The notes below the pieces were generated by a model. The model saw only the letters and a list, made by a program, of their open reading frames with translations, searched no databases and had not been told where the DNA came from. Below, piece after piece: positions 48,496 to 56,944 of a stretch of 64,000 bases of DNA (its first letter is position 1; each line of letters begins with the position of its first letter). Source of the stretch: Vulcanimicrobiota bacterium (lineage in GTDB: Bacteria > Vulcanimicrobiota > Vulcanimicrobiia > Vulcanimicrobiales > Vulcanimicrobiaceae); assembly GCA_014305025.1 (NCBI GenBank), contig JACRTY010000056.1, positions 12,780 through 76,779 of the forward strand. Direction: 5' to 3'. Both the position numbers and the translations under genes were made by a program.

Positions 48496-49646
48496 GCCGG
48501 ACGGCGTTGGGAGACCAGCGTGCGGCCGCGCCACGTCGGCGCGCGTTCGAACGTCGCGCCGACGATGCGGACCAGCGCCGGCACGTCCGCCAGCGGCGAA
48601 AGCCAATAGGTGAACGGAACGCGGGCGTATGCCCGTCGCGTACCCCACAACACGCCCAGGCGTGCGATCGCCAGGATGACATTGACGCGGAAAAAGAACG
48701 TATCGGTGCGCGCGCGTTTGGCTGCCACCGCCGCCACCAGCACGAGCGGCAACGCTTGCACGAGGGCAATCTCCGCGAACGCGACGGCCAGCGCGACCCG
48801 CGACGTCGTCGCATCGCAGAGTGCGAGGGAGCGCGGCCAATTCGTCCAGCAGTCGGCGCTCGAGGCGTACATCGCGACGCGCGCCAGCCGCCCGCCCTCG
48901 AAGAAGCCGACTTGCGCTCCGCCTGCCACCAGCGTCCGCGCGACCGTGTAATCGTCGCAGCGCGAGGTTTTGGCCGCCGCGAAGGCGCGCGTGCGCACGA
49001 GCAGGTCGCGGCGCGCGAAAAAGCATTGGCCGTTGGCCTGTGCGTCGCGCGGCGTGCGCGCGACGTTCCCCGGCAGACCGTAGCGGTAGACGAGCGTGGC
49101 CAGCAGGGCGGGATGCACGACCGCTTCGTGCGCGTCGGAAAGTTCGAAGAGCGGTGCCGCGCTGAACGCGTCGCAGTATGCGTGCGCGGCGTGCGCGAGC
49201 AATGACGACACGAGATGCGGCTGCGCGCGAACGTCGGCATCGAGGCAGAGAATCCACGCGGCTTCTGGGTCGGTCGCAGCCAGCCCGGCAGCGAGTCCCC
49301 ACGCCTTGCCGTTCCAACCGGCGCCCACGGGCGCCGCATCGACGAGCTGCACGCGCGCGTCGCGCGCCGCGTAGCGTCGCGTGAGCGCCTGCGTGCCGTC
49401 GGTCGATCCGCCGTCGACGACGACGATCTGCACGAGGCCGCGGCCTTGCGCGAGCAGGCCCTCCAGACAAGCGCCCAGCCGCGCGCGCTCGTTGAGCACC
49501 GGCACGACGGCTGCAACCAGCGTTACGGGCGGGCGCAGTTCCGCGGTGACGACGATGGGGTCACCGGCGCTCGTCGCAAGCATGCGGCCGAGGACCCGCG
49601 CGCCAAGCAATCCCTGCGCGGCGGCGAACGCCTCAGCGGTGAACAT
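48492..49646 (-). CDS. Family 2 glycosyltransferase with C-terminal membrane segment
   Basis: VVPVLNE...VVVDGGSTDGT...LCLDADV. Start ATG 49646 (alternative GTG 49706 would overlap the divergent gene head-to-head). Confidence 0.75.
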   Translation of the reverse strand: MFTAEAFAAAQGLLGARVLGRMLATSAGDPIVVTAELRPPVTLVAAVVPVLNERARLGACLEGLLAQGRGLVQIVVVDGGSTDGTQALTRRYAARDARVQLVDAAPVGAGWNGKAWGLAAGLAATDPEAAWILCLDADVRAQPHLVSSLLAHAAHAYCDAFSAAPLFELSDAHEAVVHPALLATLVYRYGLPGNVARTPRDAQANGQCFFARRDLLVRTRAFAAAKTSRCDDYTVARTLVAGGAQVGFFEGGRLARVAMYASSADCWTNWPRSLALCDATTSRVALAVAFAEIALVQALPLVLVAAVAAKRARTDTFFFRVNVILAIARLGVLWGTRRAYARVPFTYWLSPLADVPALVRIVGATFERAPTWRGRTLVSQRRPA

Positions 49647-49668
49647 CACGGCGCCATCGCCTTCCGTC

Positions 49669-50448
49669 TTGTATGATTCGCTCCTGTTGACGCACGGACG
49701 GCGCACGGCGCGCGCGTATCTGTTGCTTCACGGGCTCACCGCAAGTCCACTTCAATTCGAAACGTTCGGACGGTTGCTTTTCGCCGCCGGCTCCAATGTC
49801 TGGATTCCCCGCTTACCGCGTCATGGGCACGCCGATCGCCTGACGACGGAACTGCAATATCTGACCGCGAGCGAATTGCGCGGTTTCGCCCGCGACGCGC
49901 TGACGCGTGCGCGCGAACTCGCCGACGACGTGGTCGTCGTCGGGTTCTCCACCGGCGGACTGCTCAGTGCGTGGCTGGCGCACCACCAGAGCGTCGCACG
50001 CAGCGTCAGCATCGCGCCGCTCTTGGGGGTTGCCTGGTTGCCGCGTCCGTTGACCGGCCTGGCTGCGCGCGTCGCTTTGCGGACGCCGAACCGATTTGTG
50101 TGGTGGGATCCGATTCTGCGTGAGCAGCTCGGGCCGGCGCACGGTTATCCGCGTTTCGCGACGCACGCAGTCGCGCAAGCCGTCACGCTCGCGCGCGAAC
50201 TGTTGGCCGATGCAAAGCGGACGGCGCCGCGCACGCACGATCTGCGCATCGTGCTCAATGCCCGTGAGACGACGGTCAATAATGCGGCGGCAGGGCGGCT
50301 GGCGGCGCTATGGTCCCATGGACGGACCAACGTGACCGTGCGGCATCTGCGCGGTTTGCCGCCCTCGCACGACATCATCGAACCGCTGCGCCGCGGAAGT
50401 CTGGCCGCGGAGGTCTATCCGACGTTGTTCGACGTCGTTGCGTCGTAA
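49669..50448 (+). CDS. Alpha/beta hydrolase (esterase-like), paralog A
   Basis: TTG 49669. LLLHGLTASPLQF...PRLPRHGH...VVGFSTGG (GxSxG)...PPSHDII. Confidence 0.7.
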   Translation: MYDSLLLTHGRRTARAYLLLHGLTASPLQFETFGRLLFAAGSNVWIPRLPRHGHADRLTTELQYLTASELRGFARDALTRARELADDVVVVGFSTGGLLSAWLAHHQSVARSVSIAPLLGVAWLPRPLTGLAARVALRTPNRFVWWDPILREQLGPAHGYPRFATHAVAQAVTLARELLADAKRTAPRTHDLRIVLNARETTVNNAAAGRLAALWSHGRTNVTVRHLRGLPPSHDIIEPLRRGSLAAEVYPTLFDVVAS

Positions 50449-51448
50449 CGGAACGCCGCCGGATCCGGCGCAGGATCATGCCGCTGCCGCCGCGCGTTTT
50501 CACGCCGTGCGGCAGCGCGAGGGCGAGCGCATCAGCGTTCCGGCCCGCTCGCGCTTTTTGACCCACGGCGCGCGCGCCGGACTCGCCGTGGTGCTGCTGC
50601 ACGGTTTCACCACGTCCCCCGAGCAATGGGCGCGTTTTGCCGCCGAACTTTACGAGCGCGGCGCAAACGTCGTCATCCCGCGGTTCCCCGGCCACGGGTA
50701 CCGCGATCGGCGAACCCGTGCAATCGCCGCCGTCAGCGCGGACGCTCTGATCGCGTGCGCCGCTGAGGCCGTCGATATCGCGCGCGGCGCCGGTGAGCGC
50801 GTCATCGTCGCCGGACTGTCGCTCGGCGCAACGGTCGCGGTCGCCCTCGCGCTCGAACGCGACGACATCGCGCGCACCGTGGGCATCGTGCCGCTGTTCG
50901 GGCTGCGTCATCTCGGCCGGCGCGCAAACGCCGTGCTCGCCGCTCTGTTGGAAGCACTGCCGAACGCGTTTCTGCCGTGGGACCCGACCGGCGGAGCGGG
51001 ACAGATTCCGGCCTACGGCTATCCGCGCTTTCCCACGCGGTTACTTGCGCACTGTTTGCGGCTCGCCGAAACCGTGCAGCGCCGCGCCGCCGCCGGCGAC
51101 GTCCCGTCGGGCGAGCTTCCGCTGTTACTCAACGCGCACGAGCCCGCCTGCAACAACATGCTGTCGACCGCCCTGGCAATGCGCTGGAACGCCCTTCGCC
51201 CCGCAGCTTCCACCGTAACGGTCCTAAACGATCTCCCCGCCAACCACGACATCATCGACCCAACCAACGCCAACGCTCGAATCGACCTCGTCTATCCCTG
51301 CCTGCGCGACATAATCGAGGCGCCGCAGCGCGCCACAGGACCGAGACGTTCCGTCTCCGGCGACTTTGCGTTGCGGGACAGAGTTTCGGGAGACGCGGCC
51401 CAAATCCATCATAGGCACTTGTTATCGTTGGTGCAGCCAACGAGGTAG
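50438..51448 (+). CDS. Alpha/beta hydrolase (esterase-like), paralog B
   Basis: VVLLHGFTTSPEQW...PRFPGHGY...VAGLSLGA...PANHDII. Colinear with paralog A. Start TTG 50438 or GTG near 50504. Confidence 0.7.
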   Translation: MRRNGTPPDPAQDHAAAAARFHAVRQREGERISVPARSRFLTHGARAGLAVVLLHGFTTSPEQWARFAAELYERGANVVIPRFPGHGYRDRRTRAIAAVSADALIACAAEAVDIARGAGERVIVAGLSLGATVAVALALERDDIARTVGIVPLFGLRHLGRRANAVLAALLEALPNAFLPWDPTGGAGQIPAYGYPRFPTRLLAHCLRLAETVQRRAAAGDVPSGELPLLLNAHEPACNNMLSTALAMRWNALRPAASTVTVLNDLPANHDIIDPTNANARIDLVYPCLRDIIEAPQRATGPRRSVSGDFALRDRVSGDAAQIHHRHLLSLVQPTR

Positions 51449-51888
51449 ACGTCCGGAGCGACATCGAAAATGTGCTGCGCGAAGGACCACTGGTGACCTT
51501 CCGGGTCGGAAGCTTGATAGACGCGATCTCCCCACGGTCGATCCGCGAGTTCGAGCACGATGGTGGCGCCCGCGGCCCTTGCTCTTTGGTAGTGCGCGTC
51601 AACGTCGTCCACGTAGATCTTGAGCATCGTGCTCACGCCTTCCTTAGGGCTTTGTCCGTGGATCGATGGCAAGCCAAGCGTAAGAATGCTATCGTCGACC
51701 GTCATCTGCGCGCGCTCAACCGTGCCGCCCGGCGAGGTGTGGCGCGCAGACGTACGTTCAGCGAAGCCAAACGCTCGCGTTAGCCAGCCGATTGCCCGGG
51801 CGGGGTCCTCGTAAATCAGGTGAGGGGCGATGCGCGGCCAACCCGCCGGAGGATTGGTGACGGGCGTCTGTTCAGTGGATTGTTCCAT
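51409..51888 (-). CDS. VOC/glyoxalase family protein
   Basis: 159 aa. IAPHLIYEDPARAIGWLTRAFGF...YVDDVDAHY...DRPWGDRVYQASDPEGHQWSF. Confidence 0.75.
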   Translation of the reverse strand: MEQSTEQTPVTNPPAGWPRIAPHLIYEDPARAIGWLTRAFGFAERTSARHTSPGGTVERAQMTVDDSILTLGLPSIHGQSPKEGVSTMLKIYVDDVDAHYQRARAAGATIVLELADRPWGDRVYQASDPEGHQWSFAQHIFDVAPDVYLVGCTNDNKCL

Positions 51889-51900
51889 CGTTGTTCGACT

Positions 51901-51936
51901 CTACCATACTTGAAACCGCCGTTTCAAGTATGGTAG
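51901..51936. promoter_or_regulatory. Perfect 16-bp inverted repeat, probable TetR operator
   Basis: ctaccatacttgaaac - cgcc - gtttcaagtatggtag. Fills most of the 58-bp gap between the divergent VOC (51888) and TetR (51947) starts. Confidence 0.7.
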
Positions 51937-51946
51937 GCTGGAGGGC

Positions 51947-52534
51947 GTGTCGCGGACCGTAGACGACAGGCGACCGGCGGAACTCCTCGAGCGCATGGTC
52001 GACTACGTCGCCGCCAATGGCCTAACCGATTTGCAACTCAGGCCATTGGCAACAGCGGTCGGAGCGAGTCCGCGTTCGCTCCTGTACCACTTCACCTCCA
52101 AGGAAGGGCTGATTCTCGCGATCCTCAGACAGGCGGCTGAGCGACAACGCGCGCTCTTCGAGCGTTTGCCGAATGCGGAATCCTATGCGGAAACCGTTCG
52201 CGCGGCCTGGGCGATCATGAGCGCGCCGAAGAACGCGGCGATCTTTCGCTTGTTTTTCGAGATTTACGGTCTCGCCTTGCAAGATCGCTCGCGCTTCCCC
52301 GGATTCTTCGAACGAGCCGTGGACGGTTGGCTCGCGTATCTCGAAGCTCCGGCGCTGCGCGACGGGTACGGGAGGCACGACGCGCGAGCGATCGCGACCG
52401 TACTCCTGTGCGGCTATCGCGGATTTCTCTTGGACTTATGCGCCACGGGAGACCGTAAACGAATCAGCCGTGCCGTCGACATATGGACCGCGATGCTGGA
52501 CGCAATTCCAGCGCCGGAGGTCAAGCGCTCTTGA
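51947..52534 (+). CDS. TetR-family transcriptional regulator
   Basis: 195 aa. N-terminal HTH segment LRPLATAVGASPRSLLYHFTSKEGL. Confidence 0.85.
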   Translation: MSRTVDDRRPAELLERMVDYVAANGLTDLQLRPLATAVGASPRSLLYHFTSKEGLILAILRQAAERQRALFERLPNAESYAETVRAAWAIMSAPKNAAIFRLFFEIYGLALQDRSRFPGFFERAVDGWLAYLEAPALRDGYGRHDARAIATVLLCGYRGFLLDLCATGDRKRISRAVDIWTAMLDAIPAPEVKRS

Positions 52535-52558
52535 AGCCGCTCGGCCGGCTATGTTTTG

Positions 52559-52774
52559 CTAAACGTGTTCGTCGGGAGCGGCGTGTTCGGAGTCCCGTTT
52601 GTCGTCGGCGTTGGGGTCGAGGGACGAGTCCCCGTACACCACCATGCCCGGAACGATGCCCGCTACTTCTGCTTCGCGATGCGTGAGCGCGGGCTCATCA
52701 TCGGCCTGCGTGTGCAGTTCTCCGGGCGCTTCGACGTCGGCTTCGGGACGATTTACTTTATGACTTGAGTTCAT
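52559..52774 (-). CDS. Small acidic protein, unknown function
   Basis: 71 aa from ATG 52774, which forms an ATGA overlap with the STAS stop. MNSSHKVNRPEADVEAPGELHTQADDEP... Confidence 0.4.
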   Translation of the reverse strand: MNSSHKVNRPEADVEAPGELHTQADDEPALTHREAEVAGIVPGMVVYGDSSLDPNADDKRDSEHAAPDEHV

Positions 52775-53121
52775 GCGGGGACTCCCATGGACAGAGCGGA
52801 TAAAGCCTCCGGCAGCGACGCGCACACGCGCATCTTTTCACCGAAGTGTGCAATGTCGAAGATGCGGCGCACCTGCGTACCGGGCGGAACGACGATCGAG
52901 AAGCGGTTGCGCAGGCGTTTCGCCAAGCGCGCGAGCGCGCACAATCCGCTGCTGTCGATGTACCGGCATTCGGCGAGCGAAATGATCAAGCTGGGAACGT
53001 CGGCGGCCGCCTCGCCGAGATACCGTTCGAAGACCGGAGCGTTGGCCAAGTCGATTTCGCTACCGATGGTCGCGACGCGAACGCCGTCGACCGTTTGTAG
53101 ATGGATGAGGGTGTCGGACAC
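52771..53121 (-). CDS. STAS-domain anti-sigma-factor antagonist (SpoIIAA-like)
   Basis: GTG 53121 with GGAG 5 nt upstream. VRVATIGSEIDLANAPVFERYL...ECRYIDSSGLCALARLAKRL. Confidence 0.75.
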   Translation of the reverse strand: MSDTLIHLQTVDGVRVATIGSEIDLANAPVFERYLGEAAADVPSLIISLAECRYIDSSGLCALARLAKRLRNRFSIVVPPGTQVRRIFDIAHFGEKMRVCASLPEALSALSMGVPA

Positions 53122-53222
53122 GAGGGCTCCTGATGGAACGTGAACGGGATGCTGCGCGGGGGAGCGCAGTATGTTGTCCCCAATCGCATTATCGCTCAAC
53201 CGCGACGGCCCGCACATCCGCG

Positions 53223-53254
53223 AAAAAAGGGCGAACGCCGCAGCGCTCGCCCTT
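53223..53254 (-). terminator. Intrinsic terminator after the GlsB-like gene
   Basis: Minus strand reads AAGGGCGA-(12-nt loop)-TCGCCCTT followed by TTTT. Plus-strand A-run at 53223..53228. Confidence 0.7.
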
Positions 53255-53296
53255 AAACGAGAAATGGTTACGCCTGGGAACGCTCCCAGGCTGCCT

Positions 53297-53566
53297 TCAG
53301 CGAACGACGGTTCCTCGCCGGCCGGTGAACGCGCGAATGATGAACAGAAGGATGACTGCGCCGATGAAGGCGACCACAATCGACCATATATTGATACCGG
53401 TGGCTCCCATATGGCCGAACGCGTTGAAGACCCAGCCGCCGATCAAAGCGCCGACGACGCCGACGATCAGATCACCGAGAATGCCGCCGGGACCTTCACC
53501 GGGGACGACCATCTTCGCGAGCGCGCCCGCGATGATGCCGACGATGATCCACGCAAGGATGCCCAT
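53297..53566 (-). CDS. GlsB/YeaQ/YmgE-family stress membrane protein
   Basis: 89 aa. MGILAWIIVGIIAGALAKMVVPG...GDLIVGVVGALIGGWVF. GGAGGA upstream. Confidence 0.85.
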   Translation of the reverse strand: MGILAWIIVGIIAGALAKMVVPGEGPGGILGDLIVGVVGALIGGWVFNAFGHMGATGINIWSIVVAFIGAVILLFIIRAFTGRRGTVVR

Positions 53567-53697
53567 ATAAAATTCCTCCGACCTCTACCTCTTCCGAATA
53601 TGGCGCTATAGTCGGCCCTGCTTGCCGCTGCGCTTCGTCGCCGCGGAAGCAGCCGGCGACGCTCTGGTACTTCGGTTCTTCCGCAGCGCTCGCCCCG

Positions 53698-54696
53698 CTA
53701 AACTTGCTTGCCTTTCGGCTCAGGTCGCGCGTGCTCCAGCAGTTGGCGCGCCGCCGCGAGCACGTCAGCGACCGTGAGCGCCAGTAGGCCGGCATCGGCG
53801 GTCTTCCCGTGCGGGTCGCCGACCGAACCCGACCACAACACCCGGTGTTGCGGGCGCTCCGGCGGTCCCCACGTGCCTGGAGGGGTCGGCCCGAACAGCA
53901 CCACCGACGGGGTTCCATAGGCGCTGGCGAGATGCGCGATCCCGGTGTCCCCGGAGATGAGGCAGCGTGCTTTCGCCACGAGCAATGCAAGCTCGAGCAA
54001 CGTCGTTTCCCCCGCGAGGTCGACCACGGTGGCCGTTTGCGCCTGCGTCGCGATCTCCCGGCAGAGGACGCGTTCAGCGGACGACCCGGTCAGCAGCACG
54101 GTGAGGCCTTCCGCTGCGAGCGCCCCGGCGGTCGCCGCCCAGCGGGCCGCGGGCCAGCGTCGGGCGGCGCTCGCCGCGCCGGGATGCAGAACCACGGCGT
54201 CCGCGGGAAGGCGCGACGCGGCGGCGACGGGCCGTGGGAGGGAAAGCGCGGCGGGATCGGCTGCGATTCCGGCCTGGGTGAGCAGCCGGCACCAGCGCAG
54301 CCGTTCGTGCTCTTCGCTATCCCAGCGTGGCCCGCGGGCGCTCTGGGGGACGTCGCGATGGGCAAATGCGATGAGCCAGCGGGGCTTTGCGTCGAGCAGG
54401 ATGCGGTGGCTCTGGGGTCCACGGCCGTGCAGGTTAACCGCGACGTCAACCGCTCCGAGGCTCGGCGGCAGCGGCTCGAGCGGACCGACGGCGATGCTCT
54501 CGTCGAACGCGCCGTCGAGCAGCGACACGAGCGGATGGAGCGGGCACGGCAGCGCGAGGATGCGGTGGTGGTGCGGAAAAGCGCGGGCCAGCGCGCGGTA
54601 CGCGGGGACCCCGCACAGAAAATCCCCCAGGCCCAGCGCCCGCAACGCGACGAGGGTGGGAGCGGACCGCTGCGGCGGCGCCGGCCGCTCACTCAC
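53698..54696 (-). CDS. Family 9 glycosyltransferase (heptosyltransferase-like)
   Basis: LRALGLGDFLCGVPAYRAL...GDTGIAHLASAYGTPSVVLFGPT. GTGA overlap with the upstream GT4. Confidence 0.8.
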   Translation of the reverse strand: MSERPAPPQRSAPTLVALRALGLGDFLCGVPAYRALARAFPHHHRILALPCPLHPLVSLLDGAFDESIAVGPLEPLPPSLGAVDVAVNLHGRGPQSHRILLDAKPRWLIAFAHRDVPQSARGPRWDSEEHERLRWCRLLTQAGIAADPAALSLPRPVAAASRLPADAVVLHPGAASAARRWPAARWAATAGALAAEGLTVLLTGSSAERVLCREIATQAQTATVVDLAGETTLLELALLVAKARCLISGDTGIAHLASAYGTPSVVLFGPTPPGTWGPPERPQHRVLWSGSVGDPHGKTADAGLLALTVADVLAAARQLLEHARPEPKGKQV

Positions 54697-55907
54697 GCCG
54701 TATGGCTGACCGTTTCGGGCGTGCGCGCGAGGGCGCGGTACACTTTGACGGTTTCGGCCGCGATGCGATCCCAGGTGAAGCGCTCGAGCGCCCGACGGCG
54801 TCCCGCCGCTGCCAGCCGCTGGCGCAGGGTCCGGTCGGCGAAGAGTTCACGCAGGGCCGCGGCAATTGCACCCGGCTCTTTGGGCGCGACGTGCAGTCCG
54901 GTGAAGCGGTCGATCACGGTGTCGTTCTGGCCGCCGACGGCGGTCGCGATAACGGGCACGCCCGCCGCCATGGCTTCGAGCGGGACGATTCCGAAGGGCT
55001 CGTACCACGCCGCGCAGACGACGGCGTCCGCCGCCCGCAACAGCCGCGGCACGTCCTCGCGTTCCACCCGGCCCAGAAACGTCACCCGCTCGGCGACGCC
55101 GCAGGCCCGCGCATGCTGCGCCAGACGTTGCGCCTCGGCATCGCCGCCCAGCTCCGCTGGTGCGGGCCCCCCGGCGACGATCAATTCGGCATCGGGCACC
55201 TCGCGCAGCGCCGCGATCACATCGTCGACGCCTTTACGAGCCACGAGGCGGCTGAGCGTTACGATGCGATAGGAACGGCGGCGTTCCAGCGGTAAGGCGT
55301 CACGGCACGAAGCGAAGAACGCCGCGTTGACGCCGCACGGGACGATGCGCAGACGCCGCGGATCGGCACCGAGCCGGCACAGTTCGAACATCTCGCTGCT
55401 CGACGTCGCGACGACCCGGTCGACCGCCCGCATGATGCGCCCCTCTTCGGCCAGCCGTTCGCGGGGACTCGTATCCAAGAGGCCTTGCATCCGCCGCTTC
55501 TCGCTGCCCAGGGCGTGAAAGGTTTGCACGACCGGGATGCCCAGCGGTTTGCAGGCCGCCAGCGCCGCCCGGCCCGACATCCAAAAATGTCCGTGGACGA
55601 CGTCCGGGGGCGCGGCGGCGAATGCACGCCGCAGTTCGACCGATAAGGCGTCCATGTAGGGCAGGAGTTCGTCCTTGGGAATGGTTCGCGCCGGCCCCGC
55701 GTCGGCGTGCACGACCGTGACGCCGGACGGCATCGTCACCTCGCGCGCTAAGCGGTGATCGTCCCGGCGCGTATAGACCGCAACGCGACACCCCGCGCGC
55801 ACGAGTGCTGCGGACAACTCGGCGACGTGGACGTTCTGGCCGCCGGCATCGACGCCGCCAAGCACGGCCAGCGGGCTCGCGTGTTCGGAGACCATCGCGA
55901 TGTTCAC
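54693..55907 (-). CDS. Family 4 glycosyltransferase (MshA-like)
   Basis: GTG 55907 in a GTGA overlap. VNIAMVSEHASPLAVLGGVDAGGQNVHVAELS...VHGHFWMSG...EPFGIVPLEAMA. Confidence 0.8.
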   Translation of the reverse strand: MNIAMVSEHASPLAVLGGVDAGGQNVHVAELSAALVRAGCRVAVYTRRDDHRLAREVTMPSGVTVVHADAGPARTIPKDELLPYMDALSVELRRAFAAAPPDVVHGHFWMSGRAALAACKPLGIPVVQTFHALGSEKRRMQGLLDTSPRERLAEEGRIMRAVDRVVATSSSEMFELCRLGADPRRLRIVPCGVNAAFFASCRDALPLERRRSYRIVTLSRLVARKGVDDVIAALREVPDAELIVAGGPAPAELGGDAEAQRLAQHARACGVAERVTFLGRVEREDVPRLLRAADAVVCAAWYEPFGIVPLEAMAAGVPVIATAVGGQNDTVIDRFTGLHVAPKEPGAIAAALRELFADRTLRQRLAAAGRRRALERFTWDRIAAETVKVYRALARTPETVSHTA

Positions 55908-56944
55908 GCCGGCACCTCGTCGCGCCCGTAGTGCACCGCGCCCGCGGGTGAGGTGAGCGTCGCGAGTGCCGCCAGCACGTCCTCCACCCCGACGCAGCCC
56001 GTGCACGGCTGCGCGGGAAACGGACAGCTCCGTGCGCGGCATCCCGCGCAGCCGATCGTCTGATCGCCCAGCGCGACGGAGGGAACGCGCCACGGCGCGA
56101 AGCGGCGCAGCGGGACCGTGGGCGGAAAGATCGTGACGACGGGGGTGCCCACGGCGCCGGCGATATGGATGCCCGACGTGTTGCCGACGACGAGCGCTCG
56201 CGCATCGCGGATCACCGCGGCAAATTCGGCGTACGTCGTCGTGCCGCACAGATCCAAGGCGTCCGAGTCGCCCATGACCCGGTGCGTCAGTTCCCGTTCG
56301 CCGGCGCTGCCGACGATGACCACCGCGGTGCCGCTGCGGCACAGCGTGTGCACGAGGGCGCGCAACTTCGCGGGATCCCAGGCCCGCGCCGGTACGCTGG
56401 CGCCCGGCTGCACGACGACGTAATCCGGCGGCAGCCGTCGATCGCGCGACGGTAGCGCGCGGTAACGGAGCCGTCCGTCGTCATCGGGCGGTAACCGATA
56501 GCCCGCTGCTGCCACGAGCGCAAGTGCGCGTTCGACTTCGTGGAGGTCGTCGCTCACGGTCACCCGCCAATCGAGGAGCGAGCCGGGATAATCGACGCTG
56601 ACGGCCGCGATGCTTCCGACGCCCGCCAGCCGGAGCAGCAACGCCGTCGGCAACGGGCTTTGATGGAACGAGGTAAAGATGAAGGCTTCGTCGGCCTCCG
56701 CGGCAGCATAGCGCGCGACGTCGGCGGCGATGCGCCCGGCGTCGATCGGCTGCGGCGTGCCTTCGATCCAATCGGCCCGCACGACCAGCGCGTCGTCGAC
56801 GCCGGGCAGCAGACCCGCCGCACCTTCGCCCGACGGTCCGCAGACGAGCGTGACGCGCCCATGCGCGGCGAGTGCCCGCAGCGCCGGACCGACGAGCGTC
56901 ACGTCGCCGTTGTTGTCTTGCCGGATCGCGAGGAACCGCTTCAT
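55904..56944 (-). CDS. Family 9 glycosyltransferase (heptosyltransferase-like), second copy
   Basis: ATG 56944 in an ATGA overlap. MKRFLAIRQDNNGDVTLVGPALRAL...GNTSGIHIAGAVGTPVVTIFPPT. Confidence 0.8.
   Translation of the reverse strand: MKRFLAIRQDNNGDVTLVGPALRALAAHGRVTLVCGPSGEGAAGLLPGVDDALVVRADWIEGTPQPIDAGRIAADVARYAAAEADEAFIFTSFHQSPLPTALLLRLAGVGSIAAVSVDYPGSLLDWRVTVSDDLHEVERALALVAAAGYRLPPDDDGRLRYRALPSRDRRLPPDYVVVQPGASVPARAWDPAKLRALVHTLCRSGTAVVIVGSAGERELTHRVMGDSDALDLCGTTTYAEFAAVIRDARALVVGNTSGIHIAGAVGTPVVTIFPPTVPLRRFAPWRVPSVALGDQTIGCAGCRARSCPFPAQPCTGCVGVEDVLAALATLTSPAGAVHYGRDEVPA

Noticed and set aside
46967-49516. 849-aa and 613-aa (47629..49470) minus-strand ORFs that look like giant genes
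   Set aside because: Only their 3' portions carry family motifs (acyltransferase, CruF-like). The 5' portions are out-of-frame read-through of the upstream genes (Arg/Ala/Pro-rich). GTGA overlaps at 47632 and 48495 give sensible starts.
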